64,000 nt of DNA from Squalus acanthias (lineage: Eukaryota): assembly GCA_030390025.1 (NCBI GenBank), contig CM059431.1, positions 101,062,001 through 101,126,000 of the forward strand, read 5' to 3'. The notes under the pieces are model-generated. The model made no database searches and was not told where the DNA came from. It saw only the letters and a list, made by a program, of their open reading frames with translations. Positions 27,557 to 40,948 of this stretch are shown here, piece by piece. Both the position numbers and the translations under genes were made by a program. Each line of letters starts with the position of its first letter. The first letter of the stretch is position 1.

Positions 27557-27633
27557 CTGAACCACTGAATATTTGTGTGGTGCATAGATTCTAAAATGTA
27601 ATCCCATCTTGATGCCCATTTAATAGGCGATTT
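27557..27633 (-). CDS. TM9SF2: TM9SF2 exon 8 ([25 protein letters not shown])
   Basis: 77 nt, acag|AAA ... AG|gtaagg. Confidence 0.95.
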
Positions 27634-28899
27634 CTGTAAATAAAAAAAAGGTTACGAGCTGTCAGAATCTCTGCTGATACGTTTGGATAACAGTTGCAAT
27701 AGTTAACCGATAAGGAAATGACAAATTATTTTCCAAAAAGTTTTGTGGTGCTAAAATTTGGCATCATTCCTTTGAAAGCCCTAGCTTTATGCCATGCCAG
27801 CATGTCAGTTCACACCATGTGTTCTCGACAAGGTTATTTCTGCAACATTAGGAAAGGAACACCTCCAAGGAGGAAAGCAAAACTGGAGGGGAACTCAAGT
27901 CACCAGTAAATTTGAAGCCCTGCAATTTTATATTCCTTTTCATTTGCCCTATTGTTTATTGAAGTTTGGTATTCACTGGAACAGATTCCCAGCAGGTGGC
28001 ACAGGAACAGATGTGGTCAGAGGTTCCCCACCAACGCTCTGCATGGAAACGATGCATGGTGTGGAGGACCCATGACAAAGCCTCCAAAGTACTGTGAAGC
28101 GAATGGTACATTACAAGATCAGCAAAACCCCATCTCAATGACATTCGCATATTTTTTTTGTTTCATACATGATCCCCCCCCAAAATTTTTTTGAAAATAA
28201 AGAGAAAAATATAGAAAAAAAACAAAATGTGGGAAAGAATTAGATTCAAAAGGTTACAGCTCAAAATTAACAAGAGTCAATCTTCAAGAGGCTAATGGGT
28301 TTTGTTGTCTACTAATCATCACATATGAAGTGCTGAATCTTTGGAATAAGGCTCATAGTCCAGTATCTTAGTACTGAACTGGGTCAGATGGAGCGAGAGT
28401 AAAGGAAGACAGCCATTTAGCACCACTGATGACATTCTACCGACTTCCCCATGGCCATTGCCACATGCAGCTGGTTCTTTTGGTCAGATACAAAATGCAC
28501 AAGAGCATGCTGCTGCCATAGTACTACATGCTGCTACTCCAACATGCTGGGCTGGATGTTAAAAAATGGACTGCCTATACTTTTGGGCATCTTTTTCCCC
28601 CCCCTCTCGTTACAAGCCAAAAAAGCTATCCTGTTGAACAAAACCCAAAATTTTGCAATACCATCTGTTACAAAGACATTCATATTTTCACAGCCGAAGG
28701 AAGTCAGTTTCAGGAAAGCTCTGCACTCAATGCATCAATACACCTCCCTCCTGGGTTTGTGCAAAACCCAAGAGATAGCATCAGGGCATTTTGTTCTTTA
28801 AAATGAGACTTTTCTTTTTAATCACTACCGCTCACTAATATAATTTTGCTCCCGAAATCTGATTAACATTTTTTTTGGTCATTACTGTAGAAATCTCCA

Positions 28900-29160
28900 A
28901 AGCCTGACAGGACTTGATACCAGTTACTTCTAAAGAAGCTATCCTCATATAATCTCCTACCAAAACTATGTTTACAGCTGTCGAGTTTCCTTGAAGTTCC
29001 TCCATCTGTGCTGGATTTGGTGGCCCTGTCACTGCTTCATTTTCCCATTAACCCAGGGGGCTAACCAGGGATCTGCCCCCTCTCCAATTATATTCCTTCT
29101 GCACATTAATAACCTCCTCCACATATCATCAAACCCCATCCACTATCCTGCTCATTCTCC
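28900..29160 (+). mobile_element. Highly decayed LINE RT fragment, probably continuing after the CR1 at ~30215-30520
   Basis: QGANQGSAPSPIIFLLHINNLL resembles the RT motif GVPQGSxLSPxLFxxYINDL. Confidence 0.5.
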
Positions 29161-29186
29161 GTCACACCCTCCAGGCACAAAATCTG

Positions 29187-30210
29187 CATTCCAGTGGTGT
29201 ACCGCAGGGATCGGTGCTGGGTCCTTTGCTGTTTGTAGTGTACATTAATGATTTAGATATGAATGTAGGAGGTATGATCAGTAAGTACGCAGATGACACG
29301 AAAATTGGTGGAGTGGTAAATAGCGAGGAGGGAAGCCTCAGGCTACAGGACGATATAGACGGGTTGGTCAGATGGGCAGAACAGTGGCAAATGGAATTTA
29401 ACCCTGAAAAGTGTGAGGTGATGCATTTTGGGAGGACTAACAAGGCAAGGGAATACACAATGAATGGTAGGACCCTAGGAAGGACAGAGGATCAGAGAAA
29501 CCTTGGTGTGCATGTACATAGATCCATGAAGGCAGCAGGACAGGTAGATAAGGTGGTTATAAGAAGGCATATGGGATACTTATATTCTATGCCTCGGCTA
29601 ATGAAGGCAAGAGCAGGGAGGTTATGATGGAGCTGTACAAAACGCTAGTTAAGCCAAAGCTGGAATATTGTGTGCAGTTCTGGTCGCCACACTATAGGAA
29701 GGATGTGATTGCATTGGAGAGGGTGCACAGGAGATTCACCAGGATGTTACCTGGGCTGCAGCGCTTCAGCTTTGAAGAGAGACTGGACAGGCTGGGGTTG
29801 TTTTCCTTAGAGCAGAGAAGGCTGAGGGGGAACCTGATTGAGGTGTACAAAATTATGAGGGGCATAGATAGGGTAGATAGAAAGGAACTTTTCCCCTTAG
29901 TAGAGGGGTCAATAACCAGGGGGCATAGTTTCAAGGTAAGGGGCAGGAGGTTTAGAGGGGATCTGAGGAAAAACTTTTTCACCCAGAGGATGGTTGGAAT
30001 CTGGAACTCACTGCCTGAAAGGGTGGTAGAGGCAGGAACCCTCAACATTCAAGAAGCATTTCGATGAGCACTTGAAACGCCATAGCATACAAGGCTACGG
30101 ACCAAGTGCTGGAAAATGGGATTAGAATAGATAGGGCTTGATGGCCGGCGTGGACACGATGGGCCGAAGGGCCTCTTTCTGTGCTGTATAACTCAATGAC
30201 TATGACTCTA
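29187..30210 (+). mobile_element. CR1 LINE 3' ~1 kb
   Basis: GVPQGSVLGP...YADD...WNSLPERVV, frameshifted, with repeat tail. Confidence 0.93.
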
Positions 30211-30637
30211 TTTTGCAGTGCGATGGGGGGAAATCTATCTTTCTTGCAAAATTTCTTGCCTCTTTTTCCACTGATAATACTATGGTTAGTGCTTCTCTGA
30301 ACTTACCTCTCTTGTTCCTTCAAACTGGAAATATGGCGTCCTACATGCTCTTCATTCCACCCCCACCCCCACCACACTTAAGTTCAAATCAAAACTCTTG
30401 GTAATTTTCTGCTGTAACTTGTGTTTTCATGGGAGCGCAAAACAGTGGAACTCTAACTCCCTTGGTCTTTCCTTCCTTCTACAATCCACAGCCTTTTAAA
30501 ACCCAAGTGAGGCATCATCTTATTTACACTGAATTCTCTTTTACTTTTTTCATCTCGAAGGTATCCCATACTGTGGACCCTGGCCCATCACCTTGGTTCA
30601 CAATACAAGAAGTCAACAGCGTAAAAATATTACTTAC

Positions 30638-30749
30638 AACAAATTTAACAGAGTAGGTATAGGCAATACTAAATTTCTCTTTAAATTCATTAGGGATACC
30701 CATAGGTGGTCCTGAACAGTCGGGTTTATCGATATGTGTATGCTTGAAG
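30638..30749 (-). CDS. TM9SF2: TM9SF2 exon 7 (FKHTHIDKPDCSGPPMG...IAYTYSVKFV)
   Basis: 112 nt, acag|CTT ... GTT|gtaagt. Confidence 0.95.
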
Positions 30750-31234
30750 CTGTTGAGACATAAATTAAGGATCTATAATTAAGGATGGAAAGCAATTTAT
30801 TGAAAGAAAGACTTTCTATAGCGCCTTTCACAACTACCAGACGTCCCAAAGCGCTTTACAGCCAATTAAGTACTTTTTGAAGTGTAGTCACTGTTGTAAT
30901 GTAGGAAATGTTGTAATGCTATTCCCACTGATATTAAGACTAAAAGTTCAAAATGTCGACAAAACAAGTATATAGCAACTAATTTATTATCAAGTTATTA
31001 ACAAAAAAACTCTGATCAGCTTATGAGTGGAAAATGAAAATGACTGTAAACGTTTAGGTTGTATATGTATATTATAATAGCCATGTGATTGTGACCAATG
31101 ATCCACGATTGTCAGAAGAGAAGCTCAAAGTTTTGTGAAATTGAACCCCTAACTACCACTACTTTGTTGGGGAGTGGGCCATACAATAGGTTAGCACACT
31201 ATCATTTCACTTCTGGCCTAAACTGACAGGACGA

Positions 31235-31840
31235 AAACATAGGAACAGGAGGAAGCCATTCAGCCCTCCGAGCCTGTTCCGCCATTCAATTAGATCATGG
31301 TTGATCTGTACAAGAACATAGAAAATAGGAGCAGGAGTGGGCCATACAGCCCATCGAGCCAGCTCCGCCATTCAATAAGATCATGGCTGAACTTCTACAT
31401 CAACTCCACTTTCCCGCCCGATCCCCATATCCCTTGATTCCCTTAGTGCCCAAAGATCTATCGATCTCAGTCTTGAATATACTCCTCGACTGAGCACCCA
31501 CAGCCCTCTGGGTTCGAGAATTCCAAAGATTCACAACCCTCAGTGAAGAAATTTCTCATCTCAGTCCAAAATGGCCGCACCCTTATCCTGAGACTATGAC
31601 CCCTAGTTCTGGATTCTCCAGCCAGGGGAAACAGCCTCTCAACATCTACCCTGTCAAGCCCTTTAAGAATTTTATACATTTCAATGAGATCACCTTTCAG
31701 TCTTCTAAACTCCATCTACCCATCTTGGCTCCCTTAATACCCTTGTCTAACAAAATTCTATCAGTTTCAGTTTTGAAATTTTCAGCTGACCCCCCCCCCC
31801 CCCCCCCCCCCCACCCAGCCTCAACAGCTTTTTTTTTTGG
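31235..31840 (-). mobile_element. Nested CR1 3' fragments (one at ~31310-31712 inside another)
   Basis: Two successive 3' UTRs; the outer copy resumes at ~31710. Confidence 0.8.
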
Positions 31841-32864
31841 CAGGGTGGGGAGGGGAGTTCCATTTAACATCTTTTGTAGTTAAAATCCTATGTGAAACAA
31901 AATTGACCAGTTTCAACACAGCTCCTAGTGGATGCAGGCACACACCGCAAAACTGCCCATGATTGAGCATCAGCTGGCAATCTCATGCCATAAGAATAGC
32001 TGATATGGGAAATGGAGAAATTTATACAGTGAAGGGTACCAAAAAGCAGTTCTCTAGCATAACATTTCACTCATTTTGAAATTGAAACGTTATCGCCTCA
32101 AGAATATGTATCAATATATTAAAAAATAAAGAACCACTCTAGTCCAAACCCATTCGCCGATGACAAAACTATTGATGCGATTAGTCACCAAATCACAAAC
32201 GCAATGCTGTAATGTTCCAACATAGACAGAGCTTACCATGCACTGCCAGATCCAAGCACAACACTGGGACAAGAAGCTTGCAGAATATGAAGCCCAGTAC
32301 ACCTACATAGTCTTTACTGAGGATTGCGTTTCTGCCGAGGTCACTTCTGACCCGAGTCAAGAGCAGTAAAACAAACTTACAGTGCAGCAGAATCAAGAAC
32401 AGCACGCGTGCCGAAGAGTTTTAATTAAGAGTCTACTATGTGAAGAATGTTATGCATGCTTTAAGGAGGTATGCTTTAAAAATTGGAGTATTTAGGTAAA
32501 TTTACATTCAAATTTCATTCCAATTAAGAAATTAATTCAAAGTCCCGCATTCCAGTTTGTCTGGCAGGAAGTGGGATGGGGATAAAAATAAAAACATACA
32601 CCAATCTGTGCTACTCTTTGGTGCCTCTTTTGAACATCATATAGTAGCTTTTCTGCCTATCCACCTTCTTACTGGGAAAGCCACATAGTGCAGTATCTAT
32701 TTAAAAATGGGATGGGGAAGTAATGAAGGAGAATATAAGATAATTGTTCAATATTAGTTAAAAGGCCACCTCGTAAACCCAGTATCCTTTAAAGTAATAA
32801 ATAAAAGATTACTAGCTGATCTCCTGCAGCGTTTCACATGGGTTTGATTTGATCGGGAGACGCG

Positions 32865-33210
32865 AGAGGGTTACCAGCGAGAGGCTGGGGAGTAGGGGGT
32901 ATGAGATAGGGGACAGGGGGTATGATAGGGGTATGAGATTAGGTATGGGATAGGGGAAAGTGGGTATGGGATATGGCACATGGGGCACGAGAATGGTGGA
33001 TAGAGGGTATGGCATGGAGGTAGGAGACTGGGGGTATGGAGTTGGGGTCCGAGGATATGGGACAAGTGGGTATTGGATAGGGAATAGTGGGTATGGGGGA
33101 GGGCTATGGGGAAAGAGCAGGGGAGTGGGAATAATTGGATAGCTCTTTCAAAGAACTGACACAGGCAAGAGAGGCCAAATGGCCTCCTTCTGTGCTGTAT
33201 GATTCTATGG
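32865..33210 (+). repeat. G-rich low-complexity tract (GGGTAT-like) running into a CR1 tail
   Basis: Directly visible. Confidence 0.8.
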
Positions 33211-33879
33211 GGAGTTAAGATTAAGATAAGTCTTCAGATGAAATGGGGTCAATGAGTGGGGATAATTGGACCAGGGCATGCAGACATAATTCAGTCCCCA
33301 TTTTAAAATCTTACATTTTGTTCTTATATTTGTATTTCCACATTGAATTCCTAAGTCCACATTTATAACGAAACTCCCGTGTAAAGTTATTGGGCCAGAA
33401 TTTACTATGAAAATAACGATGTGGCTAACCGCGTTCACCGCTATTTATGCGCAAAATGGACAGCAACTTCAGGGGAGGGCAGATGCGCGGCAAAACGCGA
33501 CAATCTGCTATCCGAGATGCGCCACTCCTCTGTTAGCTTCGCGAAAACGTCATTGTGCTGTCTGGCTAACCATTCAAATGCATTGAACGGCGTGAAGTTC
33601 CTGTACTTGCATGGTAGATTTGAACTAAACTCGCCACAGAACGTGCCCTTCTGCCAGCACCTCCACTGAGGAGAGTCTAATTACAAGTTGACAAGTTTTA
33701 CATAAACATTTTCCGTAACAAATATGGACATAGGAATTTATAATGGAAATAGTTGACAGGAGGTGCATTCAGGGACATGATTTTTAATATATTCTAGATA
33801 GTTTGATAAAGAAGTGTGTAATATCCATTGACCACTTTTCTTTTGACATTATACTTATTCCATTTAACTATTTGCATAC

Positions 33880-34001
33880 CTTTTTGGTTCTAACTTAGCA
33901 GCCACAAGTCTTGCTCCAGCCTCCTGAACTTCACTGTGGAAATATATGATGATATCCACATGATTGAAGACATAAAACGTGTCCTTCTCGTTGAAAGAAG
34001 A
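33880..34001 (-). CDS. TM9SF2: TM9SF2 exon 6 (SSFNEKDTFYVFNHVDI...GARLVAAKLEPK)
   Basis: 122 nt, atag|TCT ... AG|gtatgc. Confidence 0.95.
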
Positions 34002-35147
34002 CTATACAATGGAAGGGGGAAAATAAGTCGCAAAAATAGTTATACTCAAAACCAAGATTTACACTTAACTTTGCGTGAAAGCAATTTATATGTTAAAATC
34101 AAGGTTTGCTTTAAGAAAATTAATTTACAAGCTCTCAGTAGTTTACCTCTATTAATTTGAATTGGTGACTATTGCTGTTAATCATTTTGCTTGTTATGAA
34201 GTTTATGATTAAACACTGAAATGAGCAACTACAAGGAAAACTATCACAATTGTATTTCAAGATCTCACCGCACAATAATGGTTATACAAAAATATGTACC
34301 TCAAAGCAAAAATGTGCAGAGAAAAAACTTACTGTGCATTTCTTTTCAATATAAACTTTATGACCTATCCCTACATACAAAAAGCTGCCTTTCAATTGGA
34401 CTGTCAGCTTTAAACCACATTAACAAAGGGATGCTGCAACTAGGCACCTCTAGCAAGACCCAGATTTTCCCCATAGAGTTTTACAGAGTGACAAATGTGG
34501 CAGACCCTCACATAAGAATTAGAAGCAGGAGTAGGCCATTCGGGCCCTCGAACCTGCTCCGCCATTCAATAAGATCATGGCTGATCTTCAACCACAATTC
34601 CGCTTTCCCGTACGATCCCCATATGGGCCAGGAGGGGAAAAACCAACATTGGCCAAGATTCCCCACTCCTGATCATTAACCAGTAACCCACTGCTGGATA
34701 AATGTGTGTGCACAGATGGAGGGCAAGATTGGACTCAGCTACGATCCCATCCATACTCCAATAGCCCTACAACAAATATGAAGGGCAGCCAGTGCTGGGC
34801 ATGGAACCTGTGGAAAAAATTCCCAGCAAGAGTCAGCACCTTCAAGAGATGAAAAGGGGCAAATCTGGCACAAGTCAGTGAAAGAGTATAATCTACACTG
34901 ATATAGCCAGGTTTGGGAAGTTCGTCATACATGAAAGGAATATTTATAATTACACTCAGCCTCTTTTTTTGGATATCTAGGAAGTATCAGTAAGGATATT
35001 GATCAGTTCCAACCTTTACCATACATTTGTTCACCAAATGGCATTTTGTTTAAATCCTTGGTCAAGAAAGCTTTGTGCCTTTAATAATTAGTACTGGAGT
35101 GCTATAAGGGCTAGCATCTAAATATGTAAAAACGTGTACAAACTTAC

Positions 35148-35277
35148 ACTAATAACACAAGCATCTTTTGGATGACCGGTTTTTGTAATGTAGCAACCAA
35201 TGGGAAATCCTGGATTGCAGAATTTCTGTCCATCTTCCACGTCATAGCACCATGTGACAGGCATATTATCAATGATC
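35148..35277 (-). CDS. TM9SF2: TM9SF2 exon 5 (IIDNMPVTWCYDVEDGQKFCNPGFPIGCY...DACVIS)
   Basis: 130 nt, gcag|GAT ... AGT|gtaagt. Confidence 0.96.
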
Positions 35278-35354
35278 CTGCAAGCACCGTGAGGTTGAGT
35301 ACGTTTAAAATTGTACAAATGCGTGTTCTCTCATAAAAAAGCAAAAAGCAGTCA

Positions 35355-35820
35355 TTACAACAACAACTTGCATTTATATAGCACCTTTAACGTAGTAATA
35401 GTCCCAAGGTGCTTCACAGGAGTTTTATCAAACAAAATTTGACACCAAGCCACATAAGGAGATGTTAGGACAGGTGACCAAAAGCTTGGTCAAAGAAGTA
35501 GGTTTTAAGAAGCGTCTTAAAAGGAGAGGCGGAGAGGTTTAGGGAGTGAATTCCAGAGCTTAGGGCCCAGGCAGCTGAAGGCACGGCCGCCAATGGTGGA
35601 GCAATTATAATCAGGGATGCGCCAGAATTGGAGGAGCAGAGAGATCTCAGAGGGTCGCAGGGCTGGAGGAGATTACAGAGATAGGCAGGGGCAAGGCCAA
35701 GGAGGGATTTGAAAACAAAGATGAGAATTTTTAAAATTGAGGCGTTGCCAGACCAGGAGCCGATGTAGGTCAGCGAGCACAGGAGTGATGAGTGAGCAGG
35801 ACTTGGTGCGAGTTAGGATT
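35355..35820 (-). mobile_element. L2 LINE 3' fragment
   Basis: Reverse complement of the 40490-40950 region; (TTG)n tail. Confidence 0.85.
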
Positions 35821-36227
35821 AGATTAGGAAAGCATTAGAATCTTCAACTTTATTGATCACACATCTTCAGGACCTCTCCACTCCCGTCAACATAAGTGTT
35901 CTAAATAAGTGTTCCATTCTCCTGTGCTCACAAGAAAATGAGCGACTTTCTAAGGAACCAACTCAGAGCAGACAATCAGCATCTTGGGTGCTGCACAAAA
36001 TTCTCTTGTGGCTAAAGTGCAATCTTTGTGGGCTCTTTGTTTGGCTGTGCTTGCCCACACACTCAATCCAACCCAGAGACCAGCACAAGAGTAAACAGGA
36101 AATTACACTGTTGCTGCTGCCATAAGCATAAACCCTCAGCACGCTAGTAGCCTCTACAGCAGAAAAGAAGCCAAATGGAGTGGGGACGACCCTGATAGCT
36201 TACTGCAAGATAACCCCTGATCACACT

Positions 36228-37005
36228 GGCCCGGAATTTTGTGTTCAGCAGTGAAGCAAAGGCACTCGCCGCTTGCCCTAAAGAAAGCTGCCCACAAAGA
36301 TCTCGCGGTCTCTGCGGCGAGAAGTTTGCCTTTCTCGACGTGCAAATCAGATCAGTGCAATCTAGTGGGCAATTCCTAGTGCGAGCTGCTGTGACGTCAA
36401 CAAGCTGTGGAAGCAGCCAATCACAATGCAGAATTCTCACAAACAGCGAACCAGGAAGTGAAGAAGCTTCTTTTATTCAGAATTCTAAAAAATGTTACAG
36501 AGAGCAAAACAAAGATTGGAGCTCTCACATGGGGAACAGGTAAACCTGAAATAAATATGAACAAACTTTTAAAAAATATAAATTTTTATAAAGTTTTTTA
36601 ATCATTGTAATTTTTAGTATAATGGAGAAATTTGACACTCCACAAAATTAAAAGTAGTTTTTCAGGGCTAGAACGTTTGTTTAGCAGTCAATACGCTGTT
36701 AAAACCCCAGTTACACCTAATCAAGGCCTAATTTTTGATGGGGTATTTAACAGTGATATAACTGTAGAAAAGCCGAAGGTGTCGTCAGTTTCACTGATTT
36801 CTGGCTATGGGAAAGGGAGGGGGGGGGGGGGGGGCACAGCGCAGAGCGCAGCCAGTATCAGAGCAGTGAATGACCGACCGCAACTTCAGGATTTCCGTGT
36901 TTGGATGCGCATGCGCTACGTCCTGAAGTTGCAGTCAGTTTCAAAAGGGTATTAACAGCGAACGCTGTTAAGTTCACCATTATTAACCACCGCAAATTCC
37001 AGGCC
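36228..37005. mobile_element. MITE with GG-starting TIRs (PIF/Harbinger-like)
   Basis: TIR GGCCCGGAATTT / AAATTCCAGGCC; flanks ACT/AAT. Confidence 0.72.
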
Positions 37006-38694
37006 AATATGTTTCACAGAAACTACACACTTATTAAATTAAATGCTGAAGTGTAATGATACCCAGCAGATCCTGAAGATTATATGCAAGCTGGTCCATA
37101 AAGTGCAGCTACTGATTGAGAAGTTAGAAAAGTGAGGGAGAACACAAAGTACACAAGCAGTCAGCTTTTCCTCAACAAGTTCAGTTAAGAATTTACTCCC
37201 GAGCACTGGGTCTTGTTCCACTGCACACACACAAAAAACACTGATTCTAAAAAACGAGTAAGCATATTTTCTAACGTCCAATATCACATACGGAACAGAA
37301 AATGTAAGATGAAATGAAGCAATGAGAGGGAATGACAGACAAGACAGGGGGAATGAGACAAGGAGAGTGTAAACAGTACAGCAGTAAAGCAGGAGAGAGA
37401 GAACGCAAGAAAGGCATAAAGAAGGAACCAGAGATGAGAGAGGGAAAGGGGGGAAAAAAGAGAGAGAAGAAAGGAGGGGGGATGAGTAGAGACAAGAAAT
37501 GCAAGAAAGACGGAGAGTGATAATAACGAGAGGTAAAGAGTAAAACAGTGGTACCAAGAGAAAACATTCTGAAAGAGACAAGGAATGAGAGCAGGGAAGA
37601 AAGTGAAATAAGAGGGGAATAAGAGAATACAATTCAGATTTCAAGTAAATAGCTGTAAACAAAGTATGCCAAAAGGGTTGGATTTCAAAATTCCTTGCAC
37701 AGGATATTTTAGTTATAGTGACAACAGCCGTCAGCACGCTAATATACAGTGACCTTTGAAAGGCTGACCAGTCATACTCTAACTTTTGGCATAAATGTTG
37801 ATGAAATAAAGTGGTGCTTTTTGAGTCGTGTTACAATATAACCCCAACAATTTCCTGACAAAGATGAGCATGAAAGGTAGAATATGGTATTTACAGCACA
37901 AACATGAAAGAGCAAGCACTATATTCCAACGTTGCTCTCAAATACATCCCCCTCTACATTATGAAGGCACTGAGTTTGAGTTACCCTTTGGCTATCCCAT
38001 TGCCTGGACAATCCCGTGCAACCTTTTTAAAGTCTGGTCTGTTTGCGGAATCATGCACACTTCCATTATTCTTCCAGCAATTTGATTAGTTAATAAGAAT
38101 CACAGGACCCACTTCTCCTTCAGTGATAATGATTGGCCTTTGGGAACCACGTGATGGGTTCACTGGATTTCCTTCCTTCTAGTAATGTCGCAACTCTTCC
38201 CAACCTTGCTCGTATTAGCGTGGGGGCCACGTGTTCTCTCTCAGTGGGGGGGGGGGGGGGGGGGCCTCAAGCTACCTGTCTTACTCTCCTTGGCTTCTAC
38301 ACTAATGTAGCACTTGCATGTAGTCAAAACACCAGCCAGGTAAGAATCTACTTCCAACAATTGTTAGTTACATTCCCCCCTCCACCACAGTAAATGTCAC
38401 AAGACAACATGCACAAATAAAACTATTAAGTGCTGCAATTCTAATAAGACTCTTGAGCTGAAACTATTTTGGAAAAGTGACTATTATCTTGCATATTAGA
38501 AAATAGTTCCACTATTATAGAATCAGAAAAGTCAATTCCATTAGCTAGGATGAGAAGGTTTAGCTTCCCTGCTGTATCCAAATAGTTTAAGGGAATCTTT
38601 GCCATTAAGAACTTAATTGCTCAAGTTTGAAGAGTTTAGGGAATGCTGAAACGGTAAGCTTTAACACTTTATCGGCATTCATTTCTTCTAACTG

Positions 38695-39290
38695 TCGGCT
38701 TGGCTCAGTTGGTAGACTCTTGCCTTTAAGTCACAAGGTCGAGGGTTCAAGCTCCACTCCCAGAATTTGTGCATATAATCTAGGCCGATACCAATGTTCC
38801 CTGTAATTCTTTTGGGCGCCGCGCGGCCCCTTTAAGGGGCTGCGTGGGCAATTCAAAATACCCCCGCATGCGTGGTTTTTACATTGAAAATCTGGCTGCG
38901 CGGGATCCCTGGAGAGCTGCTTGGCCACGCAGCTTAAAGGGAACATTGGCTGACACCACAGCACAGTACTGAGGGAGTGCTTCATTACCACAGGCACTGT
39001 CTTTCAAATGAGACGTTAAACTGAAGTGCCAGATGTAAAGGATCTCATGGAGCTGTACAAAGAGCAGGGAAGTCTCCAGATATTCTGGCCAACATTTATC
39101 CCTCCACCAATGCCACTAAAACAGACTAACTAGTCATTTATCTCTGCTGCTTGTGGGACCTTGCTGGGCGAAATTGGCTACAGCGTTTGCTTATATGACA
39201 GTGACCATACTTCAAAAGTAGTTAATTGGTTGGGAAGAGCATTGTGACATCCTGAGGAGGTAAAAGATGCTTTATAAATGCAAGTCTCTT
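38695..39290 (+). mobile_element. Diverged Deu-domain SINE interrupted by a hAT MITE
   Basis: Head, core and tail recognisable on either side of the insert. Confidence 0.78.
38792..38948. mobile_element. hAT-type MITE
   Basis: TIR CAATGTTCCC / GGGAACATTG; imperfect 8-bp TSD GCCGATAC/GCTGACAC. Confidence 0.8.
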
Positions 39291-39974
39291 AATGCTTAGG
39301 GTGCACCCCCTCAATGCAGAAATTAAGAACAGGCCATGTATTTAAAGTGATTAACAGAACCCATTGTGAGGCAAGCTTTTATGTAACCATTACACAAGTA
39401 TAACTGCTTTTTATATGAATAATTATTTGTGCTACAAATCAGACTATCTATATCCACCTGTCGAAGTAGTGCTAGCTCTGAATCAGTGGTATAGGTTCTA
39501 TTGCTACATTAATTCTCTCCAGAGGGCTGCTTCTTGGAGTCGTACAAATAATGCGTCATGTGTTTAAGAAGTTGTATATGATTTCTCCATGAGCTTTTCT
39601 TGAACAAGAGCACTGTACTGATTGCTATCAGGCACGTCACTTCATCATCGAGACTGCAGTTTTACTGCCGCTTTGCTTTTTACGGGAAATTTGTATTGCT
39701 GGCCAGTACAATCACCTTTGTGTATGCAGCAGGAAGAAAGAAAAAGTGATATGCAAAGTAGACCAGTGTAATTTATAGTAGCAGTTGTGTGTACCCTTTT
39801 GTAAACAAAATACCTGGTCAATTTTATGAAAGTACAGAACCATTTTCATGGAAACAATGACAAATATAGAATTGTAACACTATAGTTTTTAGCAGGACAT
39901 GTTAGTAACCAAAACAAGTGAAGCTTACAATTTTAATGAAAACAGCAGCACACTGTTTCTGATTAGCCACTCAC

Positions 39975-40102
39975 CAATGATGTTGATAGTTTAAATGCAT
40001 GGCATTCTTCAAAAATGCCAGCTTTGATTTGTCGTCGCCTTTCCCTGTATTGTATTCTTTTGTACATACGTGCTTACACACTTCTTCCTTCTTGAAGTGG
40101 AA
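39975..40102 (-). CDS. TM9SF2: TM9SF2 exon 4 (FHFKKEEVCKHVCTK...LNYQHHW)
   Basis: 128 nt, acag|TTC ... TG|gtgagt. Confidence 0.95.
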
Positions 40103-40289
40103 CTGTAATTTAAAAAACAATTCTTCAGTCATGTTCATGCAATAACCCAGGGCTCCTGCTTCAACTGAACTATAATACAGTTCACAATATCATGTGAAAG
40201 TGCAACTGATTGTCAAGCCACATCACATTTCCTTCTCTCCCTTTACCCTCAACAATTCTTCAAGCCTTTCTGGGGTGCATTCTGTGGTG

Positions 40290-40948
40290 GTTAAGACAGT
40301 TCATTTCCATCTCCGGAACATCGCTCAACTCCGTCCCTGCCTCAGCTCATCTGCTGCTGAAACCCTCATCCATGCCTTAGTTACCTGTAGACTTGACTAT
40401 TCCAAAGCTCTCCTGGCCGGTCTCCCACATTCTACCCTCCGTAAACTTGAGGTCATCCAAAACTCGGCTGCCCGTGTCCCAACTCGCACCAAGTCCCGTT
40501 CACCCGTCACCCCTGTGCTCGCTGACCTACATTGGCTCCCGGTTATGCAACACCTCGATTTTAAAATTCTCATCCTTGTTTTCAAATCCCTCCATGGCCT
40601 CGCCCCTCCCTATCTCTGTAATCTCCTCCAGCCCTACAACCCTCCGACATAGTCTCCAATTCTGGCCTCTTGAGCATCGCCAATTTTAATCACTTCACCA
40701 TTGGCGGCCGTGCCTTCAGCTGCCAAGGCCCCTACGCTCTGGAATTCCTCCCTAAACCTCTCCGCCTCTCTTTCCTCCTTTAAGGCGCTCCTTAAAACCT
40801 ACCACTTTGATCAAGCTTTTGGTCATCTGCCCAACTATCTCCTTATGTGGCTTGGTGGCAAATTTAGTTCGACAATGCTCCCGTGAAGTGCCTTGGGATG
40901 TTTTACTACGTTAAAGGCGCTATATAAATACAAGTTATTGTTGTTATA
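40290..40948 (+). mobile_element. L2 LINE 3' fragment
   Basis: FHLRNIAQLRP...LIHALVTCRLDY...IQNSAAR...LHWLPV; tail GGCGCTATATAAATACAAGTT(TTG)n. Confidence 0.9.

Noticed and set aside
37039..37737. 232-aa hydrophobic ORF on the minus strand
   Set aside because: Arises from a GA/CT low-complexity tract; no recognisable protein
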